Numbered from the stretch's first letter, positions 1 to 10,918 are shown. The stretch is 64,000 nucleotides of DNA from Bacteriovoracaceae bacterium (GCA_018649885.1 JABIHA010000127.1:1-64000); one strand, 5' to 3'. A program made the numbers and translations. The notes: a model not told the origin generated them from the letters alone.

Positions 1-123
1 CATGAATGTGCTGCTATTTTAGATTGTATGAATATATTAAAACTGATTGATGAAAAAGATCATTTAGTTGGAAAAAAATTACTTTATGAAATTATCTGCA
101 TTTTAGTAAAACTTTGCCAGTAA
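1..123 (+). CDS. Four-helix-bundle protein (TIGR02436/23S rRNA IVP-like), 3' end only
   Basis: Frame 1 reads HECAAILDCMNILKLIDEKDHLVGKKLLYEIICILVKLCQ*, matching the family's ECAAILD...GK.LL..I..ML C-terminus; truncated by the window edge. Confidence 0.75.
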   Translation, partial: HECAAILDCMNILKLIDEKDHLVGKKLLYEIICILVKLCQ

Positions 124-265
124 TTCTCGGGCAAGGGCAAGGGCAAGTGACAACCGGGCAAGTCAACGTATAAGGTCCCCATATAAGAACATTCATTTCT
201 ATTTTAGATTTTTCCTTGAAAGTAGTACAATTCTTTTGCAGAGCTATCCATGTCAGACTAGATCA
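55..265 (+). repeat. Dispersed repeat copy 1: end of four-helix gene, GGGCAA-core arm (127-175) and flank
   Basis: Highly similar to ~9606-9812; three tandem GGGCAA here versus two in copy 2. Confidence 0.9.
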
Positions 266-290
266 AAGCCTGAATCATCGTTTTCTCAAA

Positions 291-2684
291 TTATTTGACG
301 ACGAAATTACAAATTTTACCTGGCACGAAAATCTCTTTTACAATATTTCCTTCAAGGTATTTTTTAATTTTTTCATCAGCTTTTACAATGGCAAAGAATT
401 CATCTTTTTGGATTTCTTTAGGAACTTCAAAAGTTCCCCTGGTTTTTCCATTCACTTGAACTGCCATGGTAATAAGATCTTCTTTAGTTAGCTCAGGATT
501 ATAGACAGGCCAGCTTTGTTTGGTGATGGATTCTTTCCCACCACAGATTTCCCAAATTTCCTCGGCTGCATGGGGAGAAAAAGGTGCAATCGTTGTGGCA
601 AATAGCTTTGCCGTCTCCATTGTGACTTTTCCTTTCTTATAGACCAGGTTTGTAAAAATCATCATTTGAGAAATGGCCGTATTAAATTTTAAGGCCTCAA
701 TATCTTCGCCTACTTTTTTGATAGTCTTGTGAAGCTCTTTTAAAACATCAGCATCCTCCTCTCCACTTTTGATGTGCTCAGGATTGCCAAAAAATTCAAA
801 AACTCTTCGCATAAAATTATAGACGCCTTTTACTCCTTGAATTTGCCAAGGCTTTGTTCTTTCAAGTGGCCCCATAAACATTTCGTATAATCTGAGGGTG
901 TCGGCTCCAAATTCTTCGATAACTCCATCGGGATTGACAACATTTCCTCTGGATTTACTCATCTTTTCACCGTCTTCACCGAGGATCATTCCTTGGTTTC
1001 GAAGTTTGTAAAAAGGCTCTTTGCAAGAGACATAACCAAGGTCAAATAAAACTTTGTGCCAAAATCTTGCATAAAGTAAGTGAAGAACAGCGTGCTCAGT
1101 TCCTCCGATATAAAGATCTACTGGCATCCAGTAATCAACAGACTCTTTTGAAAAAGGCTCTTTTTCATTGTGAGGATCGCAAAATCTTAAAAAGTACCAG
1201 CATGAACCAGCCCACTGAGGCATAGTATTGGTTTCTCTTCTGGCCTTTTTGCCAGTCTTGGTATCAGTCACATTTAGCCAATCATCAATTGTGGCAAGTG
1301 GTGACTCCCCGGTGCCCGAGGGTTCATATGATTCTACATTTGGAAGCTTAACTGGAAGCTCATCTACACCTAAGCATCGTACACTTCCATCTTCATATTT
1401 TAGAATTGGAAAGGGCTCTCCCCAATATCTTTGTCTCGAAAAGAGCCAGTCTCTGAGTTTGTAATTCACTTTGGGTGAGCCAAGATTTTTCTCAGAAAGC
1501 CAATCAATGGTTTTACTTATGGCAGCTTCTTTTCCAAGTCCATCTAAGAATCCTGAGTTAATGTGGGCGCCGTCACCTGTAAAGGCCTCAGTTTCAATAT
1601 CACCGCCCTCTAAAACTTGGGTGATTTTAAGATCGAACTTTTTAGCAAATTCGTAATCTCTTTGATCATGGGCAGGAACACTCATGATGGCCCCAGTTCC
1701 GTAGGAAATTAAAACATAGTCCGAGATCCAAACTGGTATTTTTTCACTATTTACTGGATTGATGGCATAGGCACCGGTAAAAATTCCGGACTTATCTTTA
1801 TTGAGATCCGTTCTTTCAAGATCAGATTTAAACTTAGCTTTATCTACATAACTTTTAACGGCCTGTTTTTGGTCATCAGTAGTAATTTGCTCAACTAGAG
1901 GATGTTCGGGGGCAATGACCATATAAGTGGCACCAAAAAGGGTGTCGGGCCTTGTGGTAAATACCTCAAGCTCATTTCCTTCAACCTGAAATTTAACTTG
2001 AGCACCAGTGGATCTTCCAATCCACTCTCTTTGCATTTGTTTTAGAGACTCTGGCCAGTCAAGCTCATCAAGGTCTTCAATAAGTCTATCAGCATATTCA
2101 GTTATTTTGAGAATCCACTGCTTCATGGGTCTTCGTTCAACTGGGTGTCCCCCAATTTCAGATTTACCACCTACGACTTCTTCGTTGGAGAGAACTGTTT
2201 TTAGCTCCGGACACCAATTAACTGCACTATTACTTTCATAGGCCAGGCCTTTCTCAAAGAGTTTGACAAATATCCACTGGGTCCACTTGTAGTAATCCAA
2301 GTGGCTGGTGGCCAATTCTCTATCCCAATCGTAGGCAAAACCAATACTTTTTAACTGGCGCTTAAAGGTTTGGATATTTGTTTGAGTGAGCTTATGTGGG
2401 TGAGTCCCCGTTTTAATGGCGTAGTTTTCAGCAGGAAGCCCAAATGAATCCCAACCCATAGGATGTAGCACATTAAAGCCATTCATTTTTTTAAATCTAG
2501 TGACAATATCTGTGGCGGTATAGCCTTCTGGGTGTCCTACGTGAAGACCCGATCCCGATGGATAGGGGAACATGTCGAGGGCATAGAACTTAGGCTTACT
2601 TCTATCGAGAGTTACTTTATTAGTCTTATTGTCGTCCCAGTAGTCTTGCCACTTTTTTTCGATCTTAGAGAAGTTGTAATCCAT
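291..2684 (-). CDS. leuS: Leucine--tRNA ligase
   Basis: HVGH and KMSKS motifs, CP1 editing domain (TTRPDT, GTG); likely start MDYNF at 2684 with GAGG RBS. Confidence 0.98.
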   Translation of the reverse strand: MDYNFSKIEKKWQDYWDDNKTNKVTLDRSKPKFYALDMFPYPSGSGLHVGHPEGYTATDIVTRFKKMNGFNVLHPMGWDSFGLPAENYAIKTGTHPHKLTQTNIQTFKRQLKSIGFAYDWDRELATSHLDYYKWTQWIFVKLFEKGLAYESNSAVNWCPELKTVLSNEEVVGGKSEIGGHPVERRPMKQWILKITEYADRLIEDLDELDWPESLKQMQREWIGRSTGAQVKFQVEGNELEVFTTRPDTLFGATYMVIAPEHPLVEQITTDDQKQAVKSYVDKAKFKSDLERTDLNKDKSGIFTGAYAINPVNSEKIPVWISDYVLISYGTGAIMSVPAHDQRDYEFAKKFDLKITQVLEGGDIETEAFTGDGAHINSGFLDGLGKEAAISKTIDWLSEKNLGSPKVNYKLRDWLFSRQRYWGEPFPILKYEDGSVRCLGVDELPVKLPNVESYEPSGTGESPLATIDDWLNVTDTKTGKKARRETNTMPQWAGSCWYFLRFCDPHNEKEPFSKESVDYWMPVDLYIGGTEHAVLHLLYARFWHKVLFDLGYVSCKEPFYKLRNQGMILGEDGEKMSKSRGNVVNPDGVIEEFGADTLRLYEMFMGPLERTKPWQIQGVKGVYNFMRRVFEFFGNPEHIKSGEEDADVLKELHKTIKKVGEDIEALKFNTAISQMMIFTNLVYKKGKVTMETAKLFATTIAPFSPHAAEEIWEICGGKESITKQSWPVYNPELTKEDLITMAVQVNGKTRGTFEVPKEIQKDEFFAIVKADEKIKKYLEGNIVKEIFVPGKICNFVVK

Positions 2685-2796
2685 CTGAAGAAGCCTCTTT
2701 TTTTGGTATGCGTTATGGGTGAACTTAATGTTATCAAAACTTGTTGTGCTACGAAAGTAGGTAGTCGCATCCTGCATTGCGTGCGATAATAATCTT

Positions 2797-3738
2797 ATGA
2801 AAAGACTCTGTAAACTGCGACCCTTTGTAGTCTCAAAAATTTGGGGTGGATCAAAATTATCTGGTCTTAAGACCATCACTCAAACTGAGCCGCCCATTGG
2901 AGAAACTTGGGAGGTCAGCACACTTGAGGGAGGGTGCTCACTTTATGATAACGCCCCTCTAAGTGAATATTTTGAGGCCCACCAAATTTCACCGAGTGAT
3001 CTTCCTTATTTGGTTAAGTTTATCGATACCTCAGACAATTTGTCGGTGCAGGTTCATCCAAATGATCAATATGCAAAGTCTCATGAAAATTCTTCTGGTA
3101 AAGATGAGTGTTGGCTCGTTTTAGCTGCCGAGGAGGGCTGTGGGATTTACTTGGGCTTTAAGCCAGAAGTCTCAAAAGAGAGCTTTTTTGAAGCAGCGGC
3201 GAATGGTGAGGATGTGAGCCAGTTTTTGAATTTTTACCCGGCCTCACCAGGGGATTTCTTTTCAGTGCCTTCCGAAACAATTCATGCCATTGGCAAGGGA
3301 ATTACGCTGGTCGAAGTACAGCAAAGCAGTGGGATAACCTACAGAGTGTGGGACTGGAACCGGGTGGATGAATCTGGAAAATCAAGGGAGCTGCATTCAA
3401 AAAAAGCATTTGATGTATCAAACTTTGAAAGTCAGCACAATCTTCCAGAGAATTTTAAATATCAAAGAGATCTTTTTAATCAAAAAAATAAGACTTTAAT
3501 TGAACACAGCGATTTTAATGTAGTGGTGTTCAACTTTAATAGTGGTGAAACCTATCAGTTTAAAGTGGATGACAAAAGAATTAAGTCTTTGATCTCTCTT
3601 GGGGGAGAGTTTGAAGTATCCTATGGAGAAGAAGTCCAGGCGATAAATTCATATGAGTCCCTGATAGTGATACCAGACGAGAAAACAAATATTGAAATAA
3701 AAACTAATATAAAAGGGGCTCTTCTTTGGGTTTACTAG
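2797..3738 (+). CDS. manA: Mannose-6-phosphate isomerase, type I
   Basis: IWGG, GETWE, LSVQVHP, KDECW, IHAIG and EVQQSS.TYR motifs. Confidence 0.9.
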   Translation: MKRLCKLRPFVVSKIWGGSKLSGLKTITQTEPPIGETWEVSTLEGGCSLYDNAPLSEYFEAHQISPSDLPYLVKFIDTSDNLSVQVHPNDQYAKSHENSSGKDECWLVLAAEEGCGIYLGFKPEVSKESFFEAAANGEDVSQFLNFYPASPGDFFSVPSETIHAIGKGITLVEVQQSSGITYRVWDWNRVDESGKSRELHSKKAFDVSNFESQHNLPENFKYQRDLFNQKNKTLIEHSDFNVVVFNFNSGETYQFKVDDKRIKSLISLGGEFEVSYGEEVQAINSYESLIVIPDEKTNIEIKTNIKGALLWVY

Positions 3739-4520
3739 TGAAGGTTTTTCTTATTTCTATTTTTCTTATCTCTTGTACAAAAACAACGAATTTTGAAGAG
3801 CGCGACGGAGTAGGCATCTTGCTGGCACCAGAGTTTACTATTTTTGACGCCGACGAGATTTCTTGGAAAGTAGGTAACGGCTTTTCCAAGAAAGTAAGCA
3901 AGGGTGTTAAAATAGAGGCCAGACTTCCAGGCCTGGATAAAAGTGACGCTGAATTAATTTTCGAAAAATATAAGACCAATTCATGGGTATTAAAGGTTAG
4001 AAGAACCAAGGGAAATTTAGGAAGTGTTGATTTGAGCTACTTCTACGTTCCTTTTGTTAGCGAAAATAACAAGCGAAGAGTTTATCATAGCAATGAAGTG
4101 GCCTTTAATATTCTCTACGCCGCTTCTTATGCTTCAAGCCGATTTAATTCTCTGAGGTGTCCAGCTTTCCACCATAATTTAAGGATAGGGGATGTTGATG
4201 TTGTCCCAATCCCTTCAAGGAAAATTGATGAACTCCGCATTTCGACTAGTGCAATGTCTCAACTAAGTGCAGAGCCTAGAAGTTTTGGTCTAAGGGCCTA
4301 TGCTATTAATGGTGGGATGAAGATTGCTGGTGAATACAAAGTAGAGTTCGCCCTTTATAACTTTCATTCAAAATATCTGTACTCAAGCTGGTACTCATTT
4401 CCCTTTAAAGTGGTGGTGAGCTCTGAGCGCGGTGTGGCCCTCCCTGAATGTACAGGTGTGGAAGTGAAGGCAAACAAAAGAAGCAGCCCTTCAAAGAGGC
4501 TCCAGGATTTAAAGTGGTAA
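3726..4520 (+). CDS. Hypothetical lipoprotein
   Basis: 264 aa ORF with LISC lipobox, overlapping the manA end. Confidence 0.7.
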   Translation: MGLLVKVFLISIFLISCTKTTNFEERDGVGILLAPEFTIFDADEISWKVGNGFSKKVSKGVKIEARLPGLDKSDAELIFEKYKTNSWVLKVRRTKGNLGSVDLSYFYVPFVSENNKRRVYHSNEVAFNILYAASYASSRFNSLRCPAFHHNLRIGDVDVVPIPSRKIDELRISTSAMSQLSAEPRSFGLRAYAINGGMKIAGEYKVEFALYNFHSKYLYSSWYSFPFKVVVSSERGVALPECTGVEVKANKRSSPSKRLQDLKW

Positions 4521-4575
4521 TGCTTAGCAGCCTCTAAATTTCGCTTTTTGTTTTCACTTTGTTAGACTTTTTAGC

Positions 4576-6816
4576 ATGTACAGATTTTTATCTCTCTTAT
4601 TTCTTGCAGCTCTTAGCTTTTCTTGTCGATTTGATGATCCTCCACCTGCTTCGACAGGGCAGGGTCTCGCTGGTGGTGTGACTAGTATATCTTGCAAGGT
4701 GAACAAGAAAGCATTTGATGAATTTTATACTAAGCTTGTGACCAGTGATCTTGATTGTTTAGAACAAAACTTAAAAACCTATGCCACAGTCAACCAGTCT
4801 AGAGATATCAATATTATCGATGAAGATGAATTAACGAGTTTTCTGAGAACTTTTTTTCAAGATTCACAAAATCTTGAAAGGGGCGTGAAAGATCTTTTTA
4901 CTATAAGTCATTTATTATTCAATAATCCTAAAAATCAGATTCCTGTAATTCACCTAGATCAACTCTTTGGTTTTTTAAAAGAACTAAATATTAGAATTAT
5001 TCCTGTGTACCAGGCTTTTCAACTTATAGATAAGGACAATATTGCTGAAAGTATTTATAGGTCTAATAGATCGGCGATGGAGTCATCGCTTGCAGTATTC
5101 TCCTTATATATGACAGATTTTTTGAAGAGAAACTTCAAAGGGGACCGGGAATTTAATATTGATGATCTCCTCGATTTCGCAAAAAGTGAAAAAAGCAAAA
5201 AAATAGTTGAAGACATAAGGCACTTAGCATTCGTTAAAATTTTATTTCTTGGTGGTGAACAAGAGTCTATTAACCTGGAAGAGATTTTTAGGGCGATGGA
5301 CAAGCTTCCTAATATTTTAAAAGTTGGCTTTGATGTGCTAATGGCCTCTAGAGTTAGATTTGATGATGACCTTGGTGCGATCCCCATTCTTCAAACAGAT
5401 TTAAAAATACTTAGTAAGCTGATTTATCATGAAAGTGGAAATGAAAAATATTTTTTAACCAGCGATTTAGTCGTTGCCTCCCACCGATTTGAAGATGCTT
5501 TTCTAGATCTATCCAAATTTGAAGAATCAGTTTTTCAAATTAAAGAGTCGACGATTATTGGGGGAGGAAGAAAGTACTTCGATTATAAGAGCATCAAAAA
5601 AGTGCTATCACATGTTAAATATGGACTAGATCTTATCTCTGTTTATATCAAAATGTGGAACGCCAATGAGGCTAAACTTGTTTCAAAGCATATTGTCCAG
5701 TCTGCAGATCTCGTGGATGTTAAGATTACAGGCCCGCGCCTTTTAAAATTTCGATCGGATTTTAAAAGAATCATATCGGACTATAAGTATTACCGGGGAA
5801 ATAAAAAAGTCGCTCATTATGGAAAGTCATATGAAAGAAATCTTAAAGGGGTCATTGAATTAGGTGTATTTGAGTATGTTGTAAAAGAGTTTTTCCATGC
5901 CTTTAATAAATCAGGCAGTGATAAACAAATTACAAAAGGTGAGTTTGAAGGAATTATTATAAGATTTAAAGATTTTGTCACCGAAATGAAACTTTGGAGA
6001 AATCCTGTATTTAAGATGATAAACTCCAATTTTTTAATGGCAGAATACTTTAGGCATCAATCGGTTCAAGATGGTGTGGTGAATTTAAAAGAAGTTGTTG
6101 AAATAATTAATATGGAGCTGACGGCTTTTCATTTGGCCAAACAAGTTTTTCCAAAGATTCAAAAGCTCTGTATAGAAGATTCCAGCTGCACTTACGATGA
6201 TCACTTAGAAGCAGTGCCAACCCTTTTTGCTTATGAGAAATTTTTCGAAAATTATATAATACAATTCATGGGCAATTTCCCTGATGTTTATAATTTGTAT
6301 ATGAAGCTTGATAAGAAGAAGAAAGTCGTGTGGGCCAGGTCGATAGCCAAGTTCACAAGGCAATGTCCCTATGACTACGCCGATGGAGCCAACGAGATAC
6401 CCATTAGAGAAAAAGATATAATACTTATGATGGGTGGTCTTATGTCTATTGAGGAAGCCTTTTTATTCCTCGATAAGAGCCCTGCTGATGGGGTGCTAAC
6501 TTACCCCGAGATTGAAGTTGCCACGGGACGTTTTCACAACGCTATTAAAGATTTCTTAAAAAAACCAAATGCAAAACCAGGACTAACAAGATTGGCCTTA
6601 TATTATTTAATTCATTACAAGAAAGCTCCACCAAAGGGAAAATTACTCAAAACATTGCTGCAGTTTGGGAAAATTATTTTAAAAGATAAAACGAAATTTA
6701 GAGTTACCAGATTTGACTTAGCAGAGCTTGTCGCTAATTTTGCCCAACCTGAAGCCAAGCCTCATCCAGATTGCTATATTAAGAACCCTAAACCTGATTC
6801 ATGGTTAGTTCCCTAG
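4576..6816 (+). CDS. Large hypothetical lipoprotein
   Basis: 746 aa ORF with signal peptide and SFSC lipobox. Confidence 0.75.
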   Translation: MYRFLSLLFLAALSFSCRFDDPPPASTGQGLAGGVTSISCKVNKKAFDEFYTKLVTSDLDCLEQNLKTYATVNQSRDINIIDEDELTSFLRTFFQDSQNLERGVKDLFTISHLLFNNPKNQIPVIHLDQLFGFLKELNIRIIPVYQAFQLIDKDNIAESIYRSNRSAMESSLAVFSLYMTDFLKRNFKGDREFNIDDLLDFAKSEKSKKIVEDIRHLAFVKILFLGGEQESINLEEIFRAMDKLPNILKVGFDVLMASRVRFDDDLGAIPILQTDLKILSKLIYHESGNEKYFLTSDLVVASHRFEDAFLDLSKFEESVFQIKESTIIGGGRKYFDYKSIKKVLSHVKYGLDLISVYIKMWNANEAKLVSKHIVQSADLVDVKITGPRLLKFRSDFKRIISDYKYYRGNKKVAHYGKSYERNLKGVIELGVFEYVVKEFFHAFNKSGSDKQITKGEFEGIIIRFKDFVTEMKLWRNPVFKMINSNFLMAEYFRHQSVQDGVVNLKEVVEIINMELTAFHLAKQVFPKIQKLCIEDSSCTYDDHLEAVPTLFAYEKFFENYIIQFMGNFPDVYNLYMKLDKKKKVVWARSIAKFTRQCPYDYADGANEIPIREKDIILMMGGLMSIEEAFLFLDKSPADGVLTYPEIEVATGRFHNAIKDFLKKPNAKPGLTRLALYYLIHYKKAPPKGKLLKTLLQFGKIILKDKTKFRVTRFDLAELVANFAQPEAKPHPDCYIKNPKPDSWLVP

Positions 6817-6820
6817 AGTA

Positions 6821-7243
6821 CTATTTTAAGCGCGTGCATGTTAACGGGTAGGTTATTTGATGACCAGAGTGGTTCTTAATTGTAATACTGTCTTCGATTT
6901 CATTTAACTGGGTAAGACTTTTGATCATAATCTTATACTGATTACCTTGAAATTTGACCGTCTTTGTAAAACCACTTCCAAGTCTTTGTGACCTGATATG
7001 CGATAGCGATGAAAGAGATCTACTTGGATCAAATTGCTTTTCAGTAACGGCAAATTTTCCAAAATTCCACGAGGAAATAGATAGATTTCTCGAGTTTTTA
7101 GAAAACAGCTTCTCTAGATCAATTGTAAAAGACTTTATCCTGTTAGGAGTTTGGCATTGAATAGAGCCATTTTTAATGGCACCAAATGCCTGAAATCCAC
7201 AAGCTAGAATCCATGAAATAAGTAAGTACTTTAATTTGTTCAT
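6821..7243 (-). CDS. Hypothetical secreted protein
   Basis: Signal peptide, AAGG RBS, upstream sigma54-type promoter. Confidence 0.7.
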   Translation of the reverse strand: MNKLKYLLISWILACGFQAFGAIKNGSIQCQTPNRIKSFTIDLEKLFSKNSRNLSISSWNFGKFAVTEKQFDPSRSLSSLSHIRSQRLGSGFTKTVKFQGNQYKIMIKSLTQLNEIEDSITIKNHSGHQITYPLTCTRLK

Positions 7244-7291
7244 AATCACCTTCCTTGCCTTAATCGGCGCAGGTTTTCACACTCTCTTAAG

Positions 7292-7308
7292 AGCAATGGA
7301 GGTGCCAA
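7292..7308 (-). promoter_or_regulatory. Sigma54 -24/-12 promoter
   Basis: Minus strand reads TTGGCAC-CTCCA-TTGCT, the canonical consensus and spacing. Confidence 0.7.
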
Positions 7309-7705
7309 ACTTCAGCTTATAAATCCGGATAGTTAGTGTGGGTGGTGCCGGAAAAAAAGAAATGGCCGTCAAATCATTAGACGATTGTCCAATATTTTTG
7401 ATTTATATCACCCGCTTGCAGGTACTTGTTTATGGGGTCGATTTGCCTCGATCTACAGCTCGTTGTCTTTTATATATAACTTGGTTTAGAGGGCCTCTGA
7501 GAGCTGGTAGTGAACTATTTTCAAAACACTCCTGTTGATAGACCTCACGGCCAAACCTGTGTTTTTACTGATTTTCTGCCCCGAATGCAACGCTAAATAG
7601 CTGTAAAGTTTACATTTGCGTCCCGGGGGTGTTGTGTGCGGCGCGTTGTTCTGGTAGAAGGTCTTTACCAATTTGTATTTTTACTGAGAGAGATACATCA
7701 CACGA

Positions 7706-8602
7706 GTGAAGGGGAAATTTCCAATGATGCCACCAACAGTTCTTAGAGTACTAAGCAGTGAAAAATTAGAAACTCCAAATATTGCTCCCGATCAATCCAT
7801 TGGGAACTCCACGGGTGAATTTAGAAGAATCGAAGACAAGCACTTAGTTGATGCACCTCTTCTGGGTGAAGTTTTGACTGTTATCAGTCAATATATGGAT
7901 GCTTCATATCTAGATGACGACACCGACTATACTTTAATAGAATCGCTTTATTTTGATTCGGATAACCTAGATTTTTTCAGACACCATTTTATGGGTCTTG
8001 ATACTAGATATAAAATTCGCGCTAGAAGATACGCTCCCAATGGGAAATGGTCTGAAGGGCCAGTACTTTTAGAGCTTAAGAGAAAGAAAGATGGCGAATG
8101 CAAAAAAAGCCGTTTTATGCTTCCTAAAAAAGATTTTGAAGCACTACTCGAGGGAAAAACTCTGAATTTCACCAAAGAGATTTGTGAATTAAACGAATCA
8201 ATGGAAAGTGGAGCACTACTTAGAAGAGTAAATAAAATAAATGAGCTGATCCTTAAGTACGAGCTTAAGCCATCAGTAAGAGTAAGATATCACAGAAATG
8301 CTTTTGAAAGAGATGGCTTTAGAGCAACAGTTGACTCAAATATAGAAGTGAAAATTTTAAAAGATGTTGATACAGAGCTCGCAGCTGAATTAAAAGGTCT
8401 AGATATTTGGACTAAAGCTGAGAAAGTTTTAAGAAAATATCAGCATGGAAAAAAGTTTGTACTTGAATTAAAGCACCAAGGAACTATTCCTGCTTGGGCA
8501 AATGATCTTTTATTAAACGAGCTAGGAATTAAAAAAACAGGCTTCTCCAAATATTGTTGGGGACTGGCCAATGAAGTAAAAGAAAAAGCACGTCTTCAGT
8601 AG
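7706..8602 (+). CDS. VTC (polyphosphate polymerase)-domain protein
   Basis: R.E.K, SLYFDS, KIR.R.Y, LELK, R.T.D and FSKY motifs. Confidence 0.9.
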   Translation: MKGKFPMMPPTVLRVLSSEKLETPNIAPDQSIGNSTGEFRRIEDKHLVDAPLLGEVLTVISQYMDASYLDDDTDYTLIESLYFDSDNLDFFRHHFMGLDTRYKIRARRYAPNGKWSEGPVLLELKRKKDGECKKSRFMLPKKDFEALLEGKTLNFTKEICELNESMESGALLRRVNKINELILKYELKPSVRVRYHRNAFERDGFRATVDSNIEVKILKDVDTELAAELKGLDIWTKAEKVLRKYQHGKKFVLELKHQGTIPAWANDLLLNELGIKKTGFSKYCWGLANEVKEKARLQ

Positions 8603-8705
8603 AGAGATGGCGTTGCAATTATCATAGTAAGGTGATCATTTTGAGGGATTTGATCATTTTGAAGAGCGTTCATTTTAATACCGCTCAAAATCAGAGGAGA
8701 GAATT

Positions 8706-9323
8706 ATGCAAGATATGGGTAAAGAATACCTAGATATGCTATTTCAAGCAGGTCAAGGTCTAGGAATTGAATTATCATTTTTTGAATTTAACTTACTTCT
8801 TATGAACTCGTTAGTTCTAGGTTTAATACTTACATTTTTAACATATATGTTAAATGCTCCACTACTTCCAAGTGATCCCAGTAAGGCAAAAAAGAAAATA
8901 AAATTAAAGATGGATGCCTTTTTAGCATCAACGAATATTTTATTCTTATGTGTTGGTCTTACAGGTGTGATGGTTTTGGTTAATAATAACCTGGCAAGAG
9001 CACTTGCAATTGGTGCAACTCTCGGACTCGTTCGTTTTAGAGTAAGTCTAGGAACAAAGCTTATTGGCTCCAATATGCTCTTTGGTATTATTGCAGGTAT
9101 TGCTTGTGGCCTTGGAGAGTTAACAGTTGCTTGGTCAATTACAATTGTATACGTAATATTACAATCAGTTCTCTATGTTGTGATAAGAAGATACCAAGTA
9201 CAGGCAGAAGGTATTGATGCCCTAGAACTTCTATCTTCTTCTGATGATGATGATGAGCCAAAGCTGCCAAAGCATCCAAAGAAAAAGAAACACGTTCCTG
9301 TAGAGCAACCAATACTTCAGTAA
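8706..9323 (+). CDS. DUF4956-family membrane protein
   Basis: NNLARALAIGATLGLVRFR motif; usual partner of VTC genes. Confidence 0.85.
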   Translation: MQDMGKEYLDMLFQAGQGLGIELSFFEFNLLLMNSLVLGLILTFLTYMLNAPLLPSDPSKAKKKIKLKMDAFLASTNILFLCVGLTGVMVLVNNNLARALAIGATLGLVRFRVSLGTKLIGSNMLFGIIAGIACGLGELTVAWSITIVYVILQSVLYVVIRRYQVQAEGIDALELLSSSDDDDEPKLPKHPKKKKHVPVEQPILQ

Positions 9324-9340
9324 AACAAACATATATAAAT

Positions 9341-9372
9341 AAAAAGGCCAAACTAATGTTTGGCCTTTTTTT
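9341..9372. terminator. Intrinsic terminator
   Basis: AAAAAGGCCAAAC-taat-GTTTGGCCTTTTTTT. Confidence 0.85.
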
Positions 9373-9464
9373 ATAATTTGATTGTGAAAATTAGAATCGA
9401 ATCTAACATACAAGATGTTAAGTTTTGATCTAGTCGAATACTTTGAAGCTATGCCAAACCATTT

Positions 9465-9720
9465 CCTTATACGTTGACTTGCCCGACTGTCACTTGCCCT
9501 TGCCCGAAAAAAGGTACACCCCAAGTATTTAGGTAACAAATTGTCCCATGCAATTGGGTAACACAATCGATCATCCAAAAACTTCCAAAAGGAAGAGGAG
9601 AGTTTAAAGATCATTTGGTTGGAAAAAAAATACCTTATGAAATTATCTGTATTTTAGTAAAACTTTGCCAGTAATTCTCGGGCAAGGGCAAGTGACAATC
9701 GGGCAAGTCAACGTATAAGG
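9465..9720. mobile_element. MITE-like inverted-repeat element enclosing a four-helix-bundle gene remnant
   Basis: 43-bp arms at 9465-9507 and 9678-9720 with 42/43 complementarity; right arm shared with 127-175; mobility is inferred. Confidence 0.65.
9564..9674 (+). pseudogene. Internally deleted four-helix-bundle gene
   Basis: Reads QSIIQKLPKGRGEFKD-HLVGKKIPYEIICILVKLCQ*; the tail is nearly identical to 1-123 and the core helices are missing. Confidence 0.7.
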
Positions 9721-9866
9721 GCCCCATATAAGAACATTCATTTCTGTTTTAGATTTTTCCTTGGAAGAAGTCCAATTCTTGTATACGCTCGCCCATGCCA
9801 GACTAGGTCGGAGCTAAGTTGAAATAACAGTCAGTTCGAGTCTTAAACTGTTCAATTTAATATTGA

Positions 9867-10181
9867 TTAAAGAACAAAATATACTCTAGCTATCCAACAT
9901 GAATGATTTGATTTGTAACATTCGTCTGATTCAAAATCTTCACATGTAGATTTTAGAACTGTTAGTCCTTTGATATGTAATTCTCGTCCCATTTGAACGG
10001 TAGCATTTTCACATTCTTGTCTTGTATCAGCTCCATCACCATCTTCATCAAAAACGGTTTCTGCTGTGGGAGCATTTTTATAGGTATCAATGGTTGAATC
10101 ACTTCTAGACTGCTCTTGGGCCCCAGCAAGACTTGCTGTGAAGGCAGAGACAACAACTAGCGTGCGGATGGTTTTAAACAT
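9867..10181 (-). CDS. Hypothetical secreted Cys-containing protein
   Basis: GAGGAG RBS before MFKTIR; signal peptide; 4 Cys. Confidence 0.75.
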   Translation of the reverse strand: MFKTIRTLVVVSAFTASLAGAQEQSRSDSTIDTYKNAPTAETVFDEDGDGADTRQECENATVQMGRELHIKGLTVLKSTCEDFESDECYKSNHSCWIARVYFVL

Positions 10182-10298
10182 GGTCTTCTCCTCTAAAATT
10201 AATTTCCTAATCGGTATCAATGAGAAAACTGTCTGACAATGCACCGTGTAAAATATTCTAGTGGGTAAAATTGCCCCCCAGGAAGGAGGGCACCGAAC

Positions 10299-10787
10299 TT
10301 ATATTCTTTCTATGCTCATGCGTGATAGTCCTACATTGATGCCAAAGCCATTTACGGCTTCAAGGGTAAGGTTGAGTCCAAGGGAATTTTCATTTGAAAT
10401 GGCAGCGATTGTCGCCCCTGCCCCTGTCCCAAGAGAGCCAGTCATATTGACCACGGCGTAGTTACCAAGAAGAGAGTCAACACCATCAGAGACTGCAATA
10501 TTATAGCCTCCTCCCACCACTGAGTATCTTCCAAGAGCGATTCTGAGACCTAGAGGGCGGCCTCCAATTTTAATAAAAACATCACTCGTTTCCACGTCAC
10601 CTTCGAGGCTTACACAAGTGATTTCTCCCTTACCTTTTAAGGAAAAGCTGCCAAAAATAATCTGTGCGCCACGACCCTTGAGATTGAATTTTAATGCGCA
10701 ATTCCATAGGTCAGTGCTTGCGCTTGCCTGGCTTGAAATGCCCATACTAAATGCCAATAAAATAAGTCCTAATAATTTTGTTTTCAT
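10299..10787 (-). CDS. Hypothetical secreted beta-rich protein
   Basis: AGGAG RBS, signal peptide, Gly-rich beta strands. Confidence 0.8.
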   Translation of the reverse strand: MKTKLLGLILLAFSMGISSQASASTDLWNCALKFNLKGRGAQIIFGSFSLKGKGEITCVSLEGDVETSDVFIKIGGRPLGLRIALGRYSVVGGGYNIAVSDGVDSLLGNYAVVNMTGSLGTGAGATIAAISNENSLGLNLTLEAVNGFGINVGLSRMSIERI

Positions 10788-10867
10788 CTCTAAACTCCTT
10801 TATTTATAACAAATAAGATGATTTCTATGGCTCAAGTTAATGGGGATTGTTTGTGGATGTCTATGGG

Positions 10868-10918
10868 TTTCGGAACAAAGTGTCCCTAACTTACATGGCG
10901 GGACATTTTGTTCCGAAA
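10868..10918. promoter_or_regulatory. Paired palindromic operator candidates (CGGRAC-N5-GTYCC)
   Basis: 19-bp inverted arms with 1 mismatch and a 13-nt spacer; each arm is itself palindromic; lies between divergent genes. Confidence 0.65.

Noticed and set aside
1..265. Diversity-generating retroelement (Avd-like gene plus near-duplicate repeats)
   Set aside because: No reverse transcriptase in the window, and the differences between copies are not confined to adenines
2685..2879. 65-aa N-terminal extension of LeuRS in the ORF track
   Set aside because: It overlaps the divergent manA; the RBS and family N-terminus fit a start at 2684
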